NCBI GenBank assembly: GCA_049325335.1
Contig: JBMOMC010000007.1
Coordinates: 259,034 to 323,033, forward strand
Direction of reading: 5' to 3'
DNA: 64,000 nucleotides
Source of the DNA: Nitrospirota bacterium
GTDB lineage: Bacteria; Nitrospirota; Nitrospiria; 2-01-FULL-66-17
Made by a program: the position numbers and the translations under genes. Each line of letters begins with the position of its first letter. Position 1 is the first letter of the stretch. This document shows, in pieces, positions 27,814 through 37,282 of the stretch. The notes below the pieces were generated by a model, which was not told the origin of the DNA, searched no databases, and saw nothing but the letters and a program-made list of their open reading frames with translations.

Positions 27814-29499
27814 TCAACCGACGCCGCCATGTTGCCGCGGCGTGTCGGCCAACGCTTTGCGGTCCACCTTTCCGGTGGAGGTTCTCGGCAGCTCGGCATG
27901 TATCTCCACGGTCTCCGGCACCATGTACGACGGGAGTCGGTCCGCGCAGATTTTCTTCACGTCGGCCTCGGTCAGTGATCCGGAAGAATCCACCACCACG
28001 CAGGCCTTGATGCGATTGCCGAACTCCTCATCCGGCACCGCCACCGCCGCCGCTTCTTTGATATGCGGACTGGCGTACAGAGCGGTTTCAATTTCCCCCA
28101 GCTCGATCCGATACCCGCGGCTCTTGATCATATGGTCTCGGCGGCCGACCAAGAGGTAGTTGCCGTCCGCATCCAATGTGACGATGTCGCCGGTGCGGTA
28201 GAGTCGTTCGGGAAAATTCGACTGCAAGGGATTGCCCACCACGACTTTGTCGGTCTTGGCAGGATCGCCCCAGTATCCCTTCATCACCAAAGGCCCACGG
28301 ACATAGAGTTCCCCTTCTTCACCCGCCTGAATCAGCCGCCCCCCTTCCGAGAGCGCGAACACCTCCGTGTTGGCGCACGCCTTGCCAATCGGGATCGGCT
28401 GCACGCGATCCGTATCCAGCGTCGGCACGCGGTAATACGTGCAGACATTAGTTTCCGTGGGGCCGTAAAGGTTATAGAACTCCGTATGCGGAATCGCGGC
28501 CATGAGCGATCGCAAATACTTGACGGGAAACACCTCGCCGGCAAACAAGACGGTGCGGAGCCGTTCAAACGAGAAGCGACCGAGTTGGCCGCGCTGCAAC
28601 AAGAGAATGAGCGCGGACGGCACCGAGTACCAAATCGTGATCGCCTGCCGCTGAATAAACTCCGCCAACCGAATCGGAAAGGTCGAGAGCCCCTCCGGGA
28701 CCAGCACCACGGCACCGCCGGTCTTGATGGCGCAGAAGATATCCAAAATCGAGAGATCAAAATGCAGGGGTGCGTGGTTGGACAACCGATCTTCGGCGGT
28801 GACTGCAAACGTGGAGACCGCCCATTGGATAAAGACCATCGCGTGGCGATGGCTCAACATGACACCTTTGGGTTCGCCCGTGGACCCGGAGGTATACAGG
28901 ATGTACGCAAGATCGTCTTCCACCCCCTGGGCGGACTCCCGGCTCGCCGGCTCCGGCGGTCCACCCTCCTCACCGGCTTGCGGCCAGGCCGCGACACGCA
29001 CGCCGGACCACGACCGCTCCATCCTCGCGGTATCCCCGTCACCGACCACGATTGATTCGGGGTATCCCTCATGTTCAGCGGCCGCCGCCAAGGCGTTTAG
29101 CTTGAGGCGAGCACTGATCAGGACGCGCATGCGGCAGTTCTTGATGATATACGCAATGCGCCGCGGGGGACTGTTGGGGTCGAGCGGGACATACACGCCA
29201 CCCGCGTCGAGGATGCCGAGGAGACTGATCACGGACTCGATGGACTTCGGCAGATAGATCCCGACCCGGTCTCCCCGACGGACACCGAGGTGGCGCAACC
29301 GTCCGGCCAGTCGGCAGACGGCTTCGGCCAGCTCTGCGTAGCTCAGGGTTCGATCGTTCAACACCACCGCCGGCCGATCAGGGAACCGAGCCGCACTCTG
29401 CTCAAGCAGATGGGACAGCAGATACGCCTCGGACGGCGCCGCGGTCCCCGCGACCCGCGCCACCTCGAGCCGATCCTGGTGCCGTTGGCTCATGGTCAT
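27814..29499 (-). CDS. Stand-alone amino-acid adenylation enzyme, predicted L-proline-activating (PltF/RedM/CloN4-like)
   Basis: YTSGSTGEPKG, HFDLS, NLYGPTE, YRTGD, GYRIELGEIE and PRTSTGK. Pocket residues read by hand as DLLYLALVCK. Start at 29499 overlaps the upstream stop. Confidence 0.85.
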   Translation of the reverse strand: MTMSQRHQDRLEVARVAGTAAPSEAYLLSHLLEQSAARFPDRPAVVLNDRTLSYAELAEAVCRLAGRLRHLGVRRGDRVGIYLPKSIESVISLLGILDAGGVYVPLDPNSPPRRIAYIIKNCRMRVLISARLKLNALAAAAEHEGYPESIVVGDGDTARMERSWSGVRVAAWPQAGEEGGPPEPASRESAQGVEDDLAYILYTSGSTGEPKGVMLSHRHAMVFIQWAVSTFAVTAEDRLSNHAPLHFDLSILDIFCAIKTGGAVVLVPEGLSTFPIRLAEFIQRQAITIWYSVPSALILLLQRGQLGRFSFERLRTVLFAGEVFPVKYLRSLMAAIPHTEFYNLYGPTETNVCTYYRVPTLDTDRVQPIPIGKACANTEVFALSEGGRLIQAGEEGELYVRGPLVMKGYWGDPAKTDKVVVGNPLQSNFPERLYRTGDIVTLDADGNYLLVGRRDHMIKSRGYRIELGEIETALYASPHIKEAAAVAVPDEEFGNRIKACVVVDSSGSLTEADVKKICADRLPSYMVPETVEIHAELPRTSTGKVDRKALADTPRQHGGVG

Positions 29500-30584
29500 G
29501 ACGCGAGTCCTTGCGCCATGGTCGCGGCTAGATCCGCCGCCTTGCGCTGCTGAAGGTCCCGAAAATACCCCGCGCGTTTCGCAATACGTTGCTGGAAGGC
29601 GTCGATGTTCGCGGCAAGTTCGTCCAGCAAATCCACCGCGGCGTCGAGCGAGAGGCGGTCCGTGCGAATACTGAACCGTTCCAATTCCATGGACATCATG
29701 AAATCCAAACACTTCGGTTGATACTCCAACATGACCGACGGGGTGTTCGCGCACAACGCCAATACCACCGAGTGCAGTTTCTCCCCCACAAAGACATCGC
29801 ACGTTCGCAGACACTGCATCGTTGCTTCCACCGAGTGATAGTCGCGAAACACCGACACCGCACCGGGGTCATTGATCCGCTTGACCGCTTCCTGGATATA
29901 GGGCAGATCGGCGTCCCACATCGGCACAAACACGGCCCGATACCCCAGGCCGATCATCGTGGTCACCAGTTGTACCACAAACTCCAGAATGCGTTCTTCA
30001 TCGCCCCACACGTTTCCGTACGCAGTCCCAATGTTAACCCCGAGGAGCTGTGTTCCGCGTTTCGGAGCGATCGTGACGTCCGCGAACGTCAGGGCCGTAT
30101 CACCGACGATCTCCGCGCTTGGGTACCCGGCCTGCGCGAGCAGGTGCTGGGACAACGGGCCCCGAACCCCGACGAATCGACACCGTTCCAGACACTCGAT
30201 CCATTCATGCAGGCCATCCGGCTCGCCGCGTTTCTGCATCCCAAACACCGGGTCAGCCACGCCGGTCCCCAGTGCAAACGATGGTTGGTAGCGGCTCTGA
30301 GCCGCTCGGAGCGCGTCCAGAATAGCGCGTTTATTGATGAGGGTTCCGCCACCCAGGATCGTGGCCACGAAGACTTTCCGTCTCATGATCTGCTCCAGCC
30401 ACACAGTTTTGGCCGAATATTTAAAGGGCAAGAGCCGGTGGCGTGGGAACAACCGTTGAAAGGCCAGGTACAACGCCTCATCTCCGAGGTTGCCGTGCCC
30501 GACCCATCCTAAGTAACCGATCTTGGGCGCTGAGGGAAGGACATACTGCCAATTCCCGCTCAGGATGGACAGCGTCATCCTCAT
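29496..30584 (-). CDS. Polysaccharide pyruvyl transferase family protein
   Basis: GHGNLGDEA, LGGGTL, VGVRGPLS, GDTAL, KLHS and YQPK. Confidence 0.8.
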   Translation of the reverse strand: MRMTLSILSGNWQYVLPSAPKIGYLGWVGHGNLGDEALYLAFQRLFPRHRLLPFKYSAKTVWLEQIMRRKVFVATILGGGTLINKRAILDALRAAQSRYQPSFALGTGVADPVFGMQKRGEPDGLHEWIECLERCRFVGVRGPLSQHLLAQAGYPSAEIVGDTALTFADVTIAPKRGTQLLGVNIGTAYGNVWGDEERILEFVVQLVTTMIGLGYRAVFVPMWDADLPYIQEAVKRINDPGAVSVFRDYHSVEATMQCLRTCDVFVGEKLHSVVLALCANTPSVMLEYQPKCLDFMMSMELERFSIRTDRLSLDAAVDLLDELAANIDAFQQRIAKRAGYFRDLQQRKAADLAATMAQGLAS

Positions 30585-32119
30585 CCGCCGAGTTCCACCG
30601 GTGCGTCAACCGGCCGTCCCTCGCGACGCCCGGAGTCATCGGTCCCTGGTGACGCGGTGACTCCTCGCATCGCCGCCAGCAGATTCCCGGGTGTGATCAT
30701 CGCGCGCTCCTCCGCGGTGAGAAACCACCGATGCACCACGACCAAGAAACACGCCATGAGGCCGGTATTCACGACCAGTGATCCGACGAGAGAGGGCATC
30801 GCCACCAAACGGCTCAGGACGTAGATCCCCACCCCCGTCGCCAGCAGCCCGGACTGTTTCGCCCATCCGTACTCGATCGGATAGAGCGTTTGCGAATACC
30901 GGTAGACCAACAGAAACCGCAAGGCCCACGCGCTCATCGTGGCCAGGCCAGCCCCATAGGCCCCATACCGGGGCACGAGGATCAGGAGTAAAGCCATCGC
31001 CGCTCCGGCTGAAATCAAGGCGGAGGTGGCCATGTATCGGCTTCGGTCCTTGAGAAAGAGCCCGATATTACAAAACGCCGCCCAAATCTGAAGGATGTAG
31101 ATCACGAGAATCAGCGGAACGATGTTCGCAGCCCCGCGATACGAGGGGGCGGACATGACCCCCAGAAAATCCCTCACGAACAAGCAGATGACAAGCGACA
31201 GGGCCACGATAACGATATTGCAGTAAAAAAATACCTGCTGAAAGATCGCCCGGCCGTCGTCGCGCTTCGCGATCTCAAACCGCCGCGACTCCCAGATCAA
31301 ATTGAAGGGCATGAACGCCACGGTCGACAAGATGAACCCGAATTTGTAGGCCAAGGCGTACAGTCCGACCGTCTCCAGATCGCTAAAAATATTGAGTACG
31401 TATCGGTCGGCGGACGTCATCAGGAATCCACCCAGCGAAACAAAGATAAATGGATAGCCGAAACGGAGCATGCTCCGACATTTCTCCGGGGAAAATCGCC
31501 ATCCAATCCGACGAACCGTGTAGTAGAGGACGTAGCACCCGACGCCCGCCTCGGCGACCAGAGCGCTGTAGAGCGCGCCGCGCACGTCCCAATCCAGGAA
31601 TACGATGAAATACACGTTCAGCGCGACCTGGACCGCCAGTTTACATAAGTTGACCCCCACAAATCGCAGGGAGTCCTGCACGGCTCGGATATACATTAGG
31701 GGAATTACCGCCATGCCTGACTGGAAAAAATAGACCGCAAACAAGACCCGGAAATAGCCGGCGTAGTCCGACCGGGCGAACACGAGCTGGGCGAGCCGGG
31801 GAGACAGCCAGATTCCCACCAAGGCGGTCACCGCGGCGATGCCCACCATCATGACAATGACGGTGCTGATCACCTCCTGTTTCTCGCGGGGGTCGTCGTA
31901 TTGTGAATAGAATTTAAAGACCGTCGAGACGAGGCCCACCGCCGCGATCATCGCGATGATTTCGATCGTGGTCCCCAGCAGTTCCAGCACGCCATATTCG
32001 TGCGGATCCAGATACCGGGTGTATACCGGCAACATGATGAATCCAGTGGCCTTACTGGCCACAATACCGACCCCGTAGATCACCGTATGTTTGCCCAACA
32101 TTCTGATTTCGGTAGCCAT
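30581..32119 (-). CDS. wzx: Wzx-type oligosaccharide flippase
   Basis: Multi-TM protein with LPVYTRYLDPHEYG, DRYVL...VGLYALA and LVPRYGAYGA. Confidence 0.85.
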   Translation of the reverse strand: MATEIRMLGKHTVIYGVGIVASKATGFIMLPVYTRYLDPHEYGVLELLGTTIEIIAMIAAVGLVSTVFKFYSQYDDPREKQEVISTVIVMMVGIAAVTALVGIWLSPRLAQLVFARSDYAGYFRVLFAVYFFQSGMAVIPLMYIRAVQDSLRFVGVNLCKLAVQVALNVYFIVFLDWDVRGALYSALVAEAGVGCYVLYYTVRRIGWRFSPEKCRSMLRFGYPFIFVSLGGFLMTSADRYVLNIFSDLETVGLYALAYKFGFILSTVAFMPFNLIWESRRFEIAKRDDGRAIFQQVFFYCNIVIVALSLVICLFVRDFLGVMSAPSYRGAANIVPLILVIYILQIWAAFCNIGLFLKDRSRYMATSALISAGAAMALLLILVPRYGAYGAGLATMSAWALRFLLVYRYSQTLYPIEYGWAKQSGLLATGVGIYVLSRLVAMPSLVGSLVVNTGLMACFLVVVHRWFLTAEERAMITPGNLLAAMRGVTASPGTDDSGRREGRPVDAPVELGG

Positions 32120-32136
32120 TTACACCCGTTTCCGGA

Positions 32137-34146
32137 TCACGTTTTCGCCAAACTCAGGCCGCCACGCGGTCGAAAGAAAAACTCCACCACGAGATCTCCC
32201 TCAGGAAGCTCATCGAGTTCCATCATCCGATCGCGTTCGGTCAGCATGGTCGCCTGTCCATTCACCCGCGCGGACCACCAGGGGTGGTAGCTGATCTTCA
32301 GGCGAAGCCGATTGCGCGGGACGTTGTTGTGGATCTCGAACACCAAGCGCTCATTGTCAAACGAGACAAGCTTGGCCGGGACCCTTGTTCCCTGCTCAAG
32401 TGCCAGCCATTGAAGATCAGCATCATTGACCTGGAGGACCGAGAACAACCGACGCCGACTCTCATAGACCCGCGTGAACTGTCCCCCGTTGAGTAGCTTC
32501 TGGGTAATCATCGGGTGCCAGACCACGAGATACGAGCAATTGAGCCCTTTCATCAGCTCGTCGACCTGATCGATCGAGCCGAACGGATTGTCGTTCGGAA
32601 ACACCGCGGGTTGGCGGAAGGAAAACTGGGTCTTTAATCGCTGGGTGACGATCGACCCGACTCCGGTCATCTGAGTGGACAACGCGGCCACATTCGCGTA
32701 TCCCCCGTCCAAGAACCCGATGCCCTCGAGCTCCTCATACATCACCCGACTGTTGGACGCCGCAACGTGTTCTTTGACAAAGGCCCACACCCCGGCCATT
32801 TCCTCGTAGATGACCGATTCATCGCTTGTTTTCAGCGCCACGTAGTTCGTGTACGTGGCGTACCGCACGCCGTGTAAGACCGCGAGCACCACCACCGCGA
32901 CCGCGGCATACCGCGCCGACCCGAATCGGCGCAGAATTCCCTGAAGACCGTAGGCTGCCGCCACGATCAGGGCCGCGTTGACGTACAGGACAAACCGGTC
33001 CTGGCGAAAGGCCGCGATCACGCTGTCCCCCCCGCCCACGAAATGCCACGGGCCGATCACGAACAGCACAAAAACCGCCAGAATCCAGGCCGTGTACCGG
33101 AGAAAGACCCCGCGTTCCGCGTCGCGTTCGCCGCGGTCACGCGCAATACCGACCAGCCCCCCTACGGCCAACAGCACCAGCAGACCTTCGGCAAGGTGTT
33201 CGGCCGCGAGCTGGGCGGCCAGCCGCACACCGTCGGAAACCTGGCCGGAACGGACCGCAGGCAATACGTCCTCGACAATCTGCTCGAAGCCGCCGGGGAA
33301 CATGAACCAGGCGGGAAGACGAACCACGAGACCGAGCAAGCCGCCGCTGGAGGCTGGATTCGGGCTCCCCCATCCCGTCTGGCCGACCACTACCGCGGCA
33401 ATCCACCACCCGATCGCGACGCCGGACACCAAAAACGCGCCCACGCCCACGACCAGCGCCCGCCCGGTGATCCCGCGTTTGCGAGTGTAGAAGACAACGG
33501 TTACTGGAATCACGATCGCCAGCAGCGGCCACGTCAGCGCATCGGTCAAGGCCGTGATCACCGTCAACGCGCCAAGGGTCGCCGCCTGGAGAAGCGTCAG
33601 GCTCCTGGTCAACCAACGATCGCAATAATGGACCAGCAGGAGCAATGGGCCGAGCGCGAGGTAGTGAATCCACATCCCTTGCAACGGCTGGAGAAGCTGA
33701 TAGGTCAACGCAAGATACAACCCCACCGCGCCGCAAGCCGCGAGGCGGTCCACGCGCTCGGACAACGTCACCCAGAGCGCGATGGCAGGAAACACAAACG
33801 AGAAAAAGACCATCAGCTTGTACAAGACGGCCAGCGAAATACTCGTCGCCTGGTTCAGGGCCACCAAGACCAGCACACTTAGCGGCGCGGGGACCAACGG
33901 AGAGAAGGCGGGAAAACCGCCGAAATCGCTCTCAAACCATCCGACCGCACCGCCCGCTGCATGCAATCGCTCCGCTACCTGGGAAACCAGGGCGAAGTAA
34001 AACGGATGATCCCCGGTAATCAACAAACCGGGACCGAACATCGGGTGCAAATACACACCCCCGACGCCCAGGATCGCGGCAACCGCGACGAGGTTCCAGC
34101 GCCTCATCCCCACGCGACACGGCATCCCGGTTTCAAACCGACCCAT
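32137..34146 (-). CDS. Polytopic membrane protein, PTPS-related/YfhO-like (GT-C-type glycosyltransferase candidate)
   Basis: GDH after TM1, W....FGGFP.F loop, about 12 TM helices and a soluble C-terminus with SYHPWWSARVNG. Confidence 0.55.
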   Translation of the reverse strand: MGRFETGMPCRVGMRRWNLVAVAAILGVGGVYLHPMFGPGLLITGDHPFYFALVSQVAERLHAAGGAVGWFESDFGGFPAFSPLVPAPLSVLVLVALNQATSISLAVLYKLMVFFSFVFPAIALWVTLSERVDRLAACGAVGLYLALTYQLLQPLQGMWIHYLALGPLLLLVHYCDRWLTRSLTLLQAATLGALTVITALTDALTWPLLAIVIPVTVVFYTRKRGITGRALVVGVGAFLVSGVAIGWWIAAVVVGQTGWGSPNPASSGGLLGLVVRLPAWFMFPGGFEQIVEDVLPAVRSGQVSDGVRLAAQLAAEHLAEGLLVLLAVGGLVGIARDRGERDAERGVFLRYTAWILAVFVLFVIGPWHFVGGGDSVIAAFRQDRFVLYVNAALIVAAAYGLQGILRRFGSARYAAVAVVVLAVLHGVRYATYTNYVALKTSDESVIYEEMAGVWAFVKEHVAASNSRVMYEELEGIGFLDGGYANVAALSTQMTGVGSIVTQRLKTQFSFRQPAVFPNDNPFGSIDQVDELMKGLNCSYLVVWHPMITQKLLNGGQFTRVYESRRRLFSVLQVNDADLQWLALEQGTRVPAKLVSFDNERLVFEIHNNVPRNRLRLKISYHPWWSARVNGQATMLTERDRMMELDELPEGDLVVEFFFRPRGGLSLAKT

Positions 34147-34149
34147 CCG

Positions 34150-36045
34150 TCACCCACGCTCAACGTAGCGGTGGTGCCACATCGAAAACATCAGGAGCAA
34201 CCACAGTCTGTTCTCGTGGTTGTGACGGCACGAGAGATGTTCCGACACCAGGGTGGCGACATACCGCTGGTTGAACAGGCCCAGCCGCTTCACCCGGGTC
34301 TCCGAAAGCCACTCCATCAGCGCCGGACGCAGCGCGCCGCGCAGCCACGCGGCCAGCGGCACGGAGAACCCCCGCTTCTTGCGGGATAAAATCGCGGCGG
34401 GCAGGATCGGGGCGAACGCTTGTTTGAGCAAGTACTTCTTGGTCAACCCGCGCATCTTCAGGTGCGACGGGATCGTCGCCGAAAATTCCAGGAGGCGATG
34501 ATCGATGAACGGGGCTCTGACCTCCAGCGAATGGGCCATACTGAGCCGGTCCGAGAGCACCAACAGATCGTCCGGGAGATACACCGCCAGATCGCAGAAC
34601 ATCATTTGGGTCAACGGATCACACGATCGGGTTCGTGAAAATGCCTGCGCGAACGCGGTCTCGGACGCGCGCGAGCTCGCTCCGTTCCGCGCGTCGCGAT
34701 TGAACAGACTCCGCATCTCGTCCGCGCGATACACCGCGGCGTAATTGTGATACCGCTCCTGAATCGTCCCCTCGGCTCCGGCCACGAACCGCTTCGCGCG
34801 ATCGATGATGGGCCATCCGCGTTTGGAATCGGGAAGGTGTTCGACCAGCGGACGAATGATCCGCTCGCGAAGCACGCGCGGCAGCGCGTGGTACCGCTCG
34901 GCCAACAACACGCCCACGTAACGCTCGTACCCGGCCCCCACCTCGTCCCCTCCCACCCCGGAGAGCGCCACCGTCACGTGTTCGCGCGCGAGTTTCGACA
35001 CCACGTAGTTGGGAATCACCGAAGAGTCGCCGAACGGCTCGTCGAACGACCGAACGATCGCGGACAACAGATCCTCGTTGGGGGGACCGAGAAGCACCTC
35101 GTGATGGTCCGTGCCGAACCGATCCGCGACCAACCGCGCGTACGGTCGCTCATCGTAAAACGCGCCCTCCTCGCCGTAGCCGATGGTAAAGGTCTTGACC
35201 GGGTGCGGGGTGAGCGCGGCCATCTCCGCGACAATCGCGCTCGAATCAATGCCCCCGCTCAAAAACGCGCCGACCGGCACGTCGCTGACCAATCGCAGGC
35301 GCACGGCCTCTCGAAACTGGACGCGGAACTCCTCGATGATGTCCTGCTCGGTCCGATCCTCGCGGGGCTGCGGGGACAGATCCCAATAACGGCGGCACGA
35401 CCACTTGCCTTGCTCCGCGACCAACATCTCGCCGGGCAACACCCGGCGGATCCCCCGGAAAATCGTGCGGTCGCCCGCGATATAGCCGTACTGAAAAAAG
35501 TCATCAACCGCGTCCCAGTCGAGCGCGCGGTCCTGCGCGGGATCCTGCAACAAACACTTGATCTCGGAGCCGAACCGCAACGTGCGCGGCCCGACCGCAT
35601 AGTAGAGCTGTTTGACCCCGACGCGGTCGCGCAGCAACACCAGTCGCTTGCGTTTGACGTCCCAGATCGCGACGCCGAACATGCCGCGCAAGTGCTGCAC
35701 GCACTCCAGCCCGTATTCCTCATACAGGTGTACGATCGACTCGGTATCGGTCTGCGTGGCGTAACGATGCCCTCGTTGTTCCATCAACGCGCGCAGCTCG
35801 CGATAGTTGTAGATCTCGCCGTTAAACACGGTCCAGACCGTCCCGTCCTCGTTCCGAATGGGTTGGCGCCCGGTCGCAAGGTCGATCACTTTGAGGCGCC
35901 GAATGCCGAGACCGATCTCCCCTTCAAGATAAAACCCTTCCTCATCGGGCCCACGGTGCCGGATCACGTCGGTCATAGACTGGAGCGCGCCGCGATCGCC
36001 CAATGGTTCGCCGCGCAGATCCAAGATGCCGGAAATCCCGCACAC
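34150..36045 (-). CDS. asnB: Asparagine synthase (glutamine-hydrolysing) family amidotransferase
   Basis: N-terminal MCGI, HRGPD, FNGEIYN, LSGGIDSS, SGVGGDE and E.RAPF. In EPS loci these usually amidate the polymer. Confidence 0.93.
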   Translation of the reverse strand: MCGISGILDLRGEPLGDRGALQSMTDVIRHRGPDEEGFYLEGEIGLGIRRLKVIDLATGRQPIRNEDGTVWTVFNGEIYNYRELRALMEQRGHRYATQTDTESIVHLYEEYGLECVQHLRGMFGVAIWDVKRKRLVLLRDRVGVKQLYYAVGPRTLRFGSEIKCLLQDPAQDRALDWDAVDDFFQYGYIAGDRTIFRGIRRVLPGEMLVAEQGKWSCRRYWDLSPQPREDRTEQDIIEEFRVQFREAVRLRLVSDVPVGAFLSGGIDSSAIVAEMAALTPHPVKTFTIGYGEEGAFYDERPYARLVADRFGTDHHEVLLGPPNEDLLSAIVRSFDEPFGDSSVIPNYVVSKLAREHVTVALSGVGGDEVGAGYERYVGVLLAERYHALPRVLRERIIRPLVEHLPDSKRGWPIIDRAKRFVAGAEGTIQERYHNYAAVYRADEMRSLFNRDARNGASSRASETAFAQAFSRTRSCDPLTQMMFCDLAVYLPDDLLVLSDRLSMAHSLEVRAPFIDHRLLEFSATIPSHLKMRGLTKKYLLKQAFAPILPAAILSRKKRGFSVPLAAWLRGALRPALMEWLSETRVKRLGLFNQRYVATLVSEHLSCRHNHENRLWLLLMFSMWHHRYVERG

Positions 36046-36055
36046 GATTCGTTCC

Positions 36056-37282
36056 CTACAACGCCGCGCTCGCGGACCACGCGCGATGCGATCCGCGCGC
36101 CACCGAGCCGGCGGTCTGGAGCAGCCGGGAGGCCTCCAGATTCCAATTGTAGGTGTTGCGCACCGCCTGACGGCCGTTCTCCCCGAGCCGTCGGCGAAGC
36201 GCCGGGTCCCGCAACGCCGTCAACGCGTCGAGAAACTCGGCCTCGTTGCGATACACGAACCCGCACTGCGCGTCGGCGATGACCCGGGCGATGGGCCCGA
36301 GATCCGTGGCGATGACGGGTTTGCCCAGGAGCATGTACTCGAACAATTTATTGGGAATGGTGGCGGTCGTGTGGGGCGTGATGAGATGCGGAATGATCCC
36401 GACATCGCATTGGCCCGCCCGGCGCTGCGCCTCGGCATACTCCTGCCGACCGGTGAGCACCACCCGTTCATTGAGCCCCAGGGCGTTGATCCGTTGTCTG
36501 AGACCGTCCTCCCCCTTACCGCCCCCGACAATGACGAACTGAAACAACGGGATCGCTCGCGTCACCGCTGGAATCATGTCCAACACGCGTTCCAGCCCGC
36601 GCATCGGTTCCACCCCGCCGACATAACCGAGCGATAACGACGCGATGGCCGCGGGCCGTGGATCACTCGGCGACGGAGAGACGGCCTCATCCAGGTACGG
36701 CACGTTGCTGATCGTCGAGAGTTTCGCGGCCGGGACCCCCTTGGCGAGCAGGTATTGCCTCGCCTCCTCAACCACCACGACCGTGTGATCGGCCAATCGG
36801 GTCGCGGCGAATTCCACCATCGTGGCCAACCCGACGTTCCGGACCAGCAGATTGTGCCAACGAAACGGCTCGAACCGCCACATGTCGCGCAACATCGCCG
36901 GGTAGGGCTCGGCCATGTCATAGATCACCGGCACCCCCGCGACGCGACCCACCCCAATCGCGGTCAGGGCCAACGGGAGATCCCGAACGACGATGAGGTC
37001 GATGTGATGCTCCCTGACCACGCCGTTGATGCGCCGTATCCACCACGGGCTGAAAAACGCGGGGAAGTTGAGCGCGTCGTTCACACGCGGGCGAGCGTGA
37101 GCGGCCACCCGGTGAATGAACACGCCGTCTCGCGTTTCCTCGCGGGGAGGCGTCTCGGGACCCGGGTGAAGCAAGCGACAAACCAGGTGCACCTCGTGGC
37201 CGTGTTCGACAAACGTCCGACTGAACTTCCACACCCGGACGTCCCACGGATACGCCCCGTCGTAGATCAGACAGACCTTCAT
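36056..37282 (-). CDS. Glycosyltransferase family 4
   Basis: True start MKVCLIYDG at 37282 (ATGA overlap with wecB); PNKLFEYM..GKPVI. Confidence 0.85.
   Translation of the reverse strand: MKVCLIYDGAYPWDVRVWKFSRTFVEHGHEVHLVCRLLHPGPETPPREETRDGVFIHRVAAHARPRVNDALNFPAFFSPWWIRRINGVVREHHIDLIVVRDLPLALTAIGVGRVAGVPVIYDMAEPYPAMLRDMWRFEPFRWHNLLVRNVGLATMVEFAATRLADHTVVVVEEARQYLLAKGVPAAKLSTISNVPYLDEAVSPSPSDPRPAAIASLSLGYVGGVEPMRGLERVLDMIPAVTRAIPLFQFVIVGGGKGEDGLRQRINALGLNERVVLTGRQEYAEAQRRAGQCDVGIIPHLITPHTTATIPNKLFEYMLLGKPVIATDLGPIARVIADAQCGFVYRNEAEFLDALTALRDPALRRRLGENGRQAVRNTYNWNLEASRLLQTAGSVARGSHRAWSASAAL

Noticed and set aside
27814..29814. N-terminal extension on the adenylation enzyme
   Set aside because: It overlaps the pyruvyl transferase gene in another frame. 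The start at 29499 is coupled to the upstream stop.
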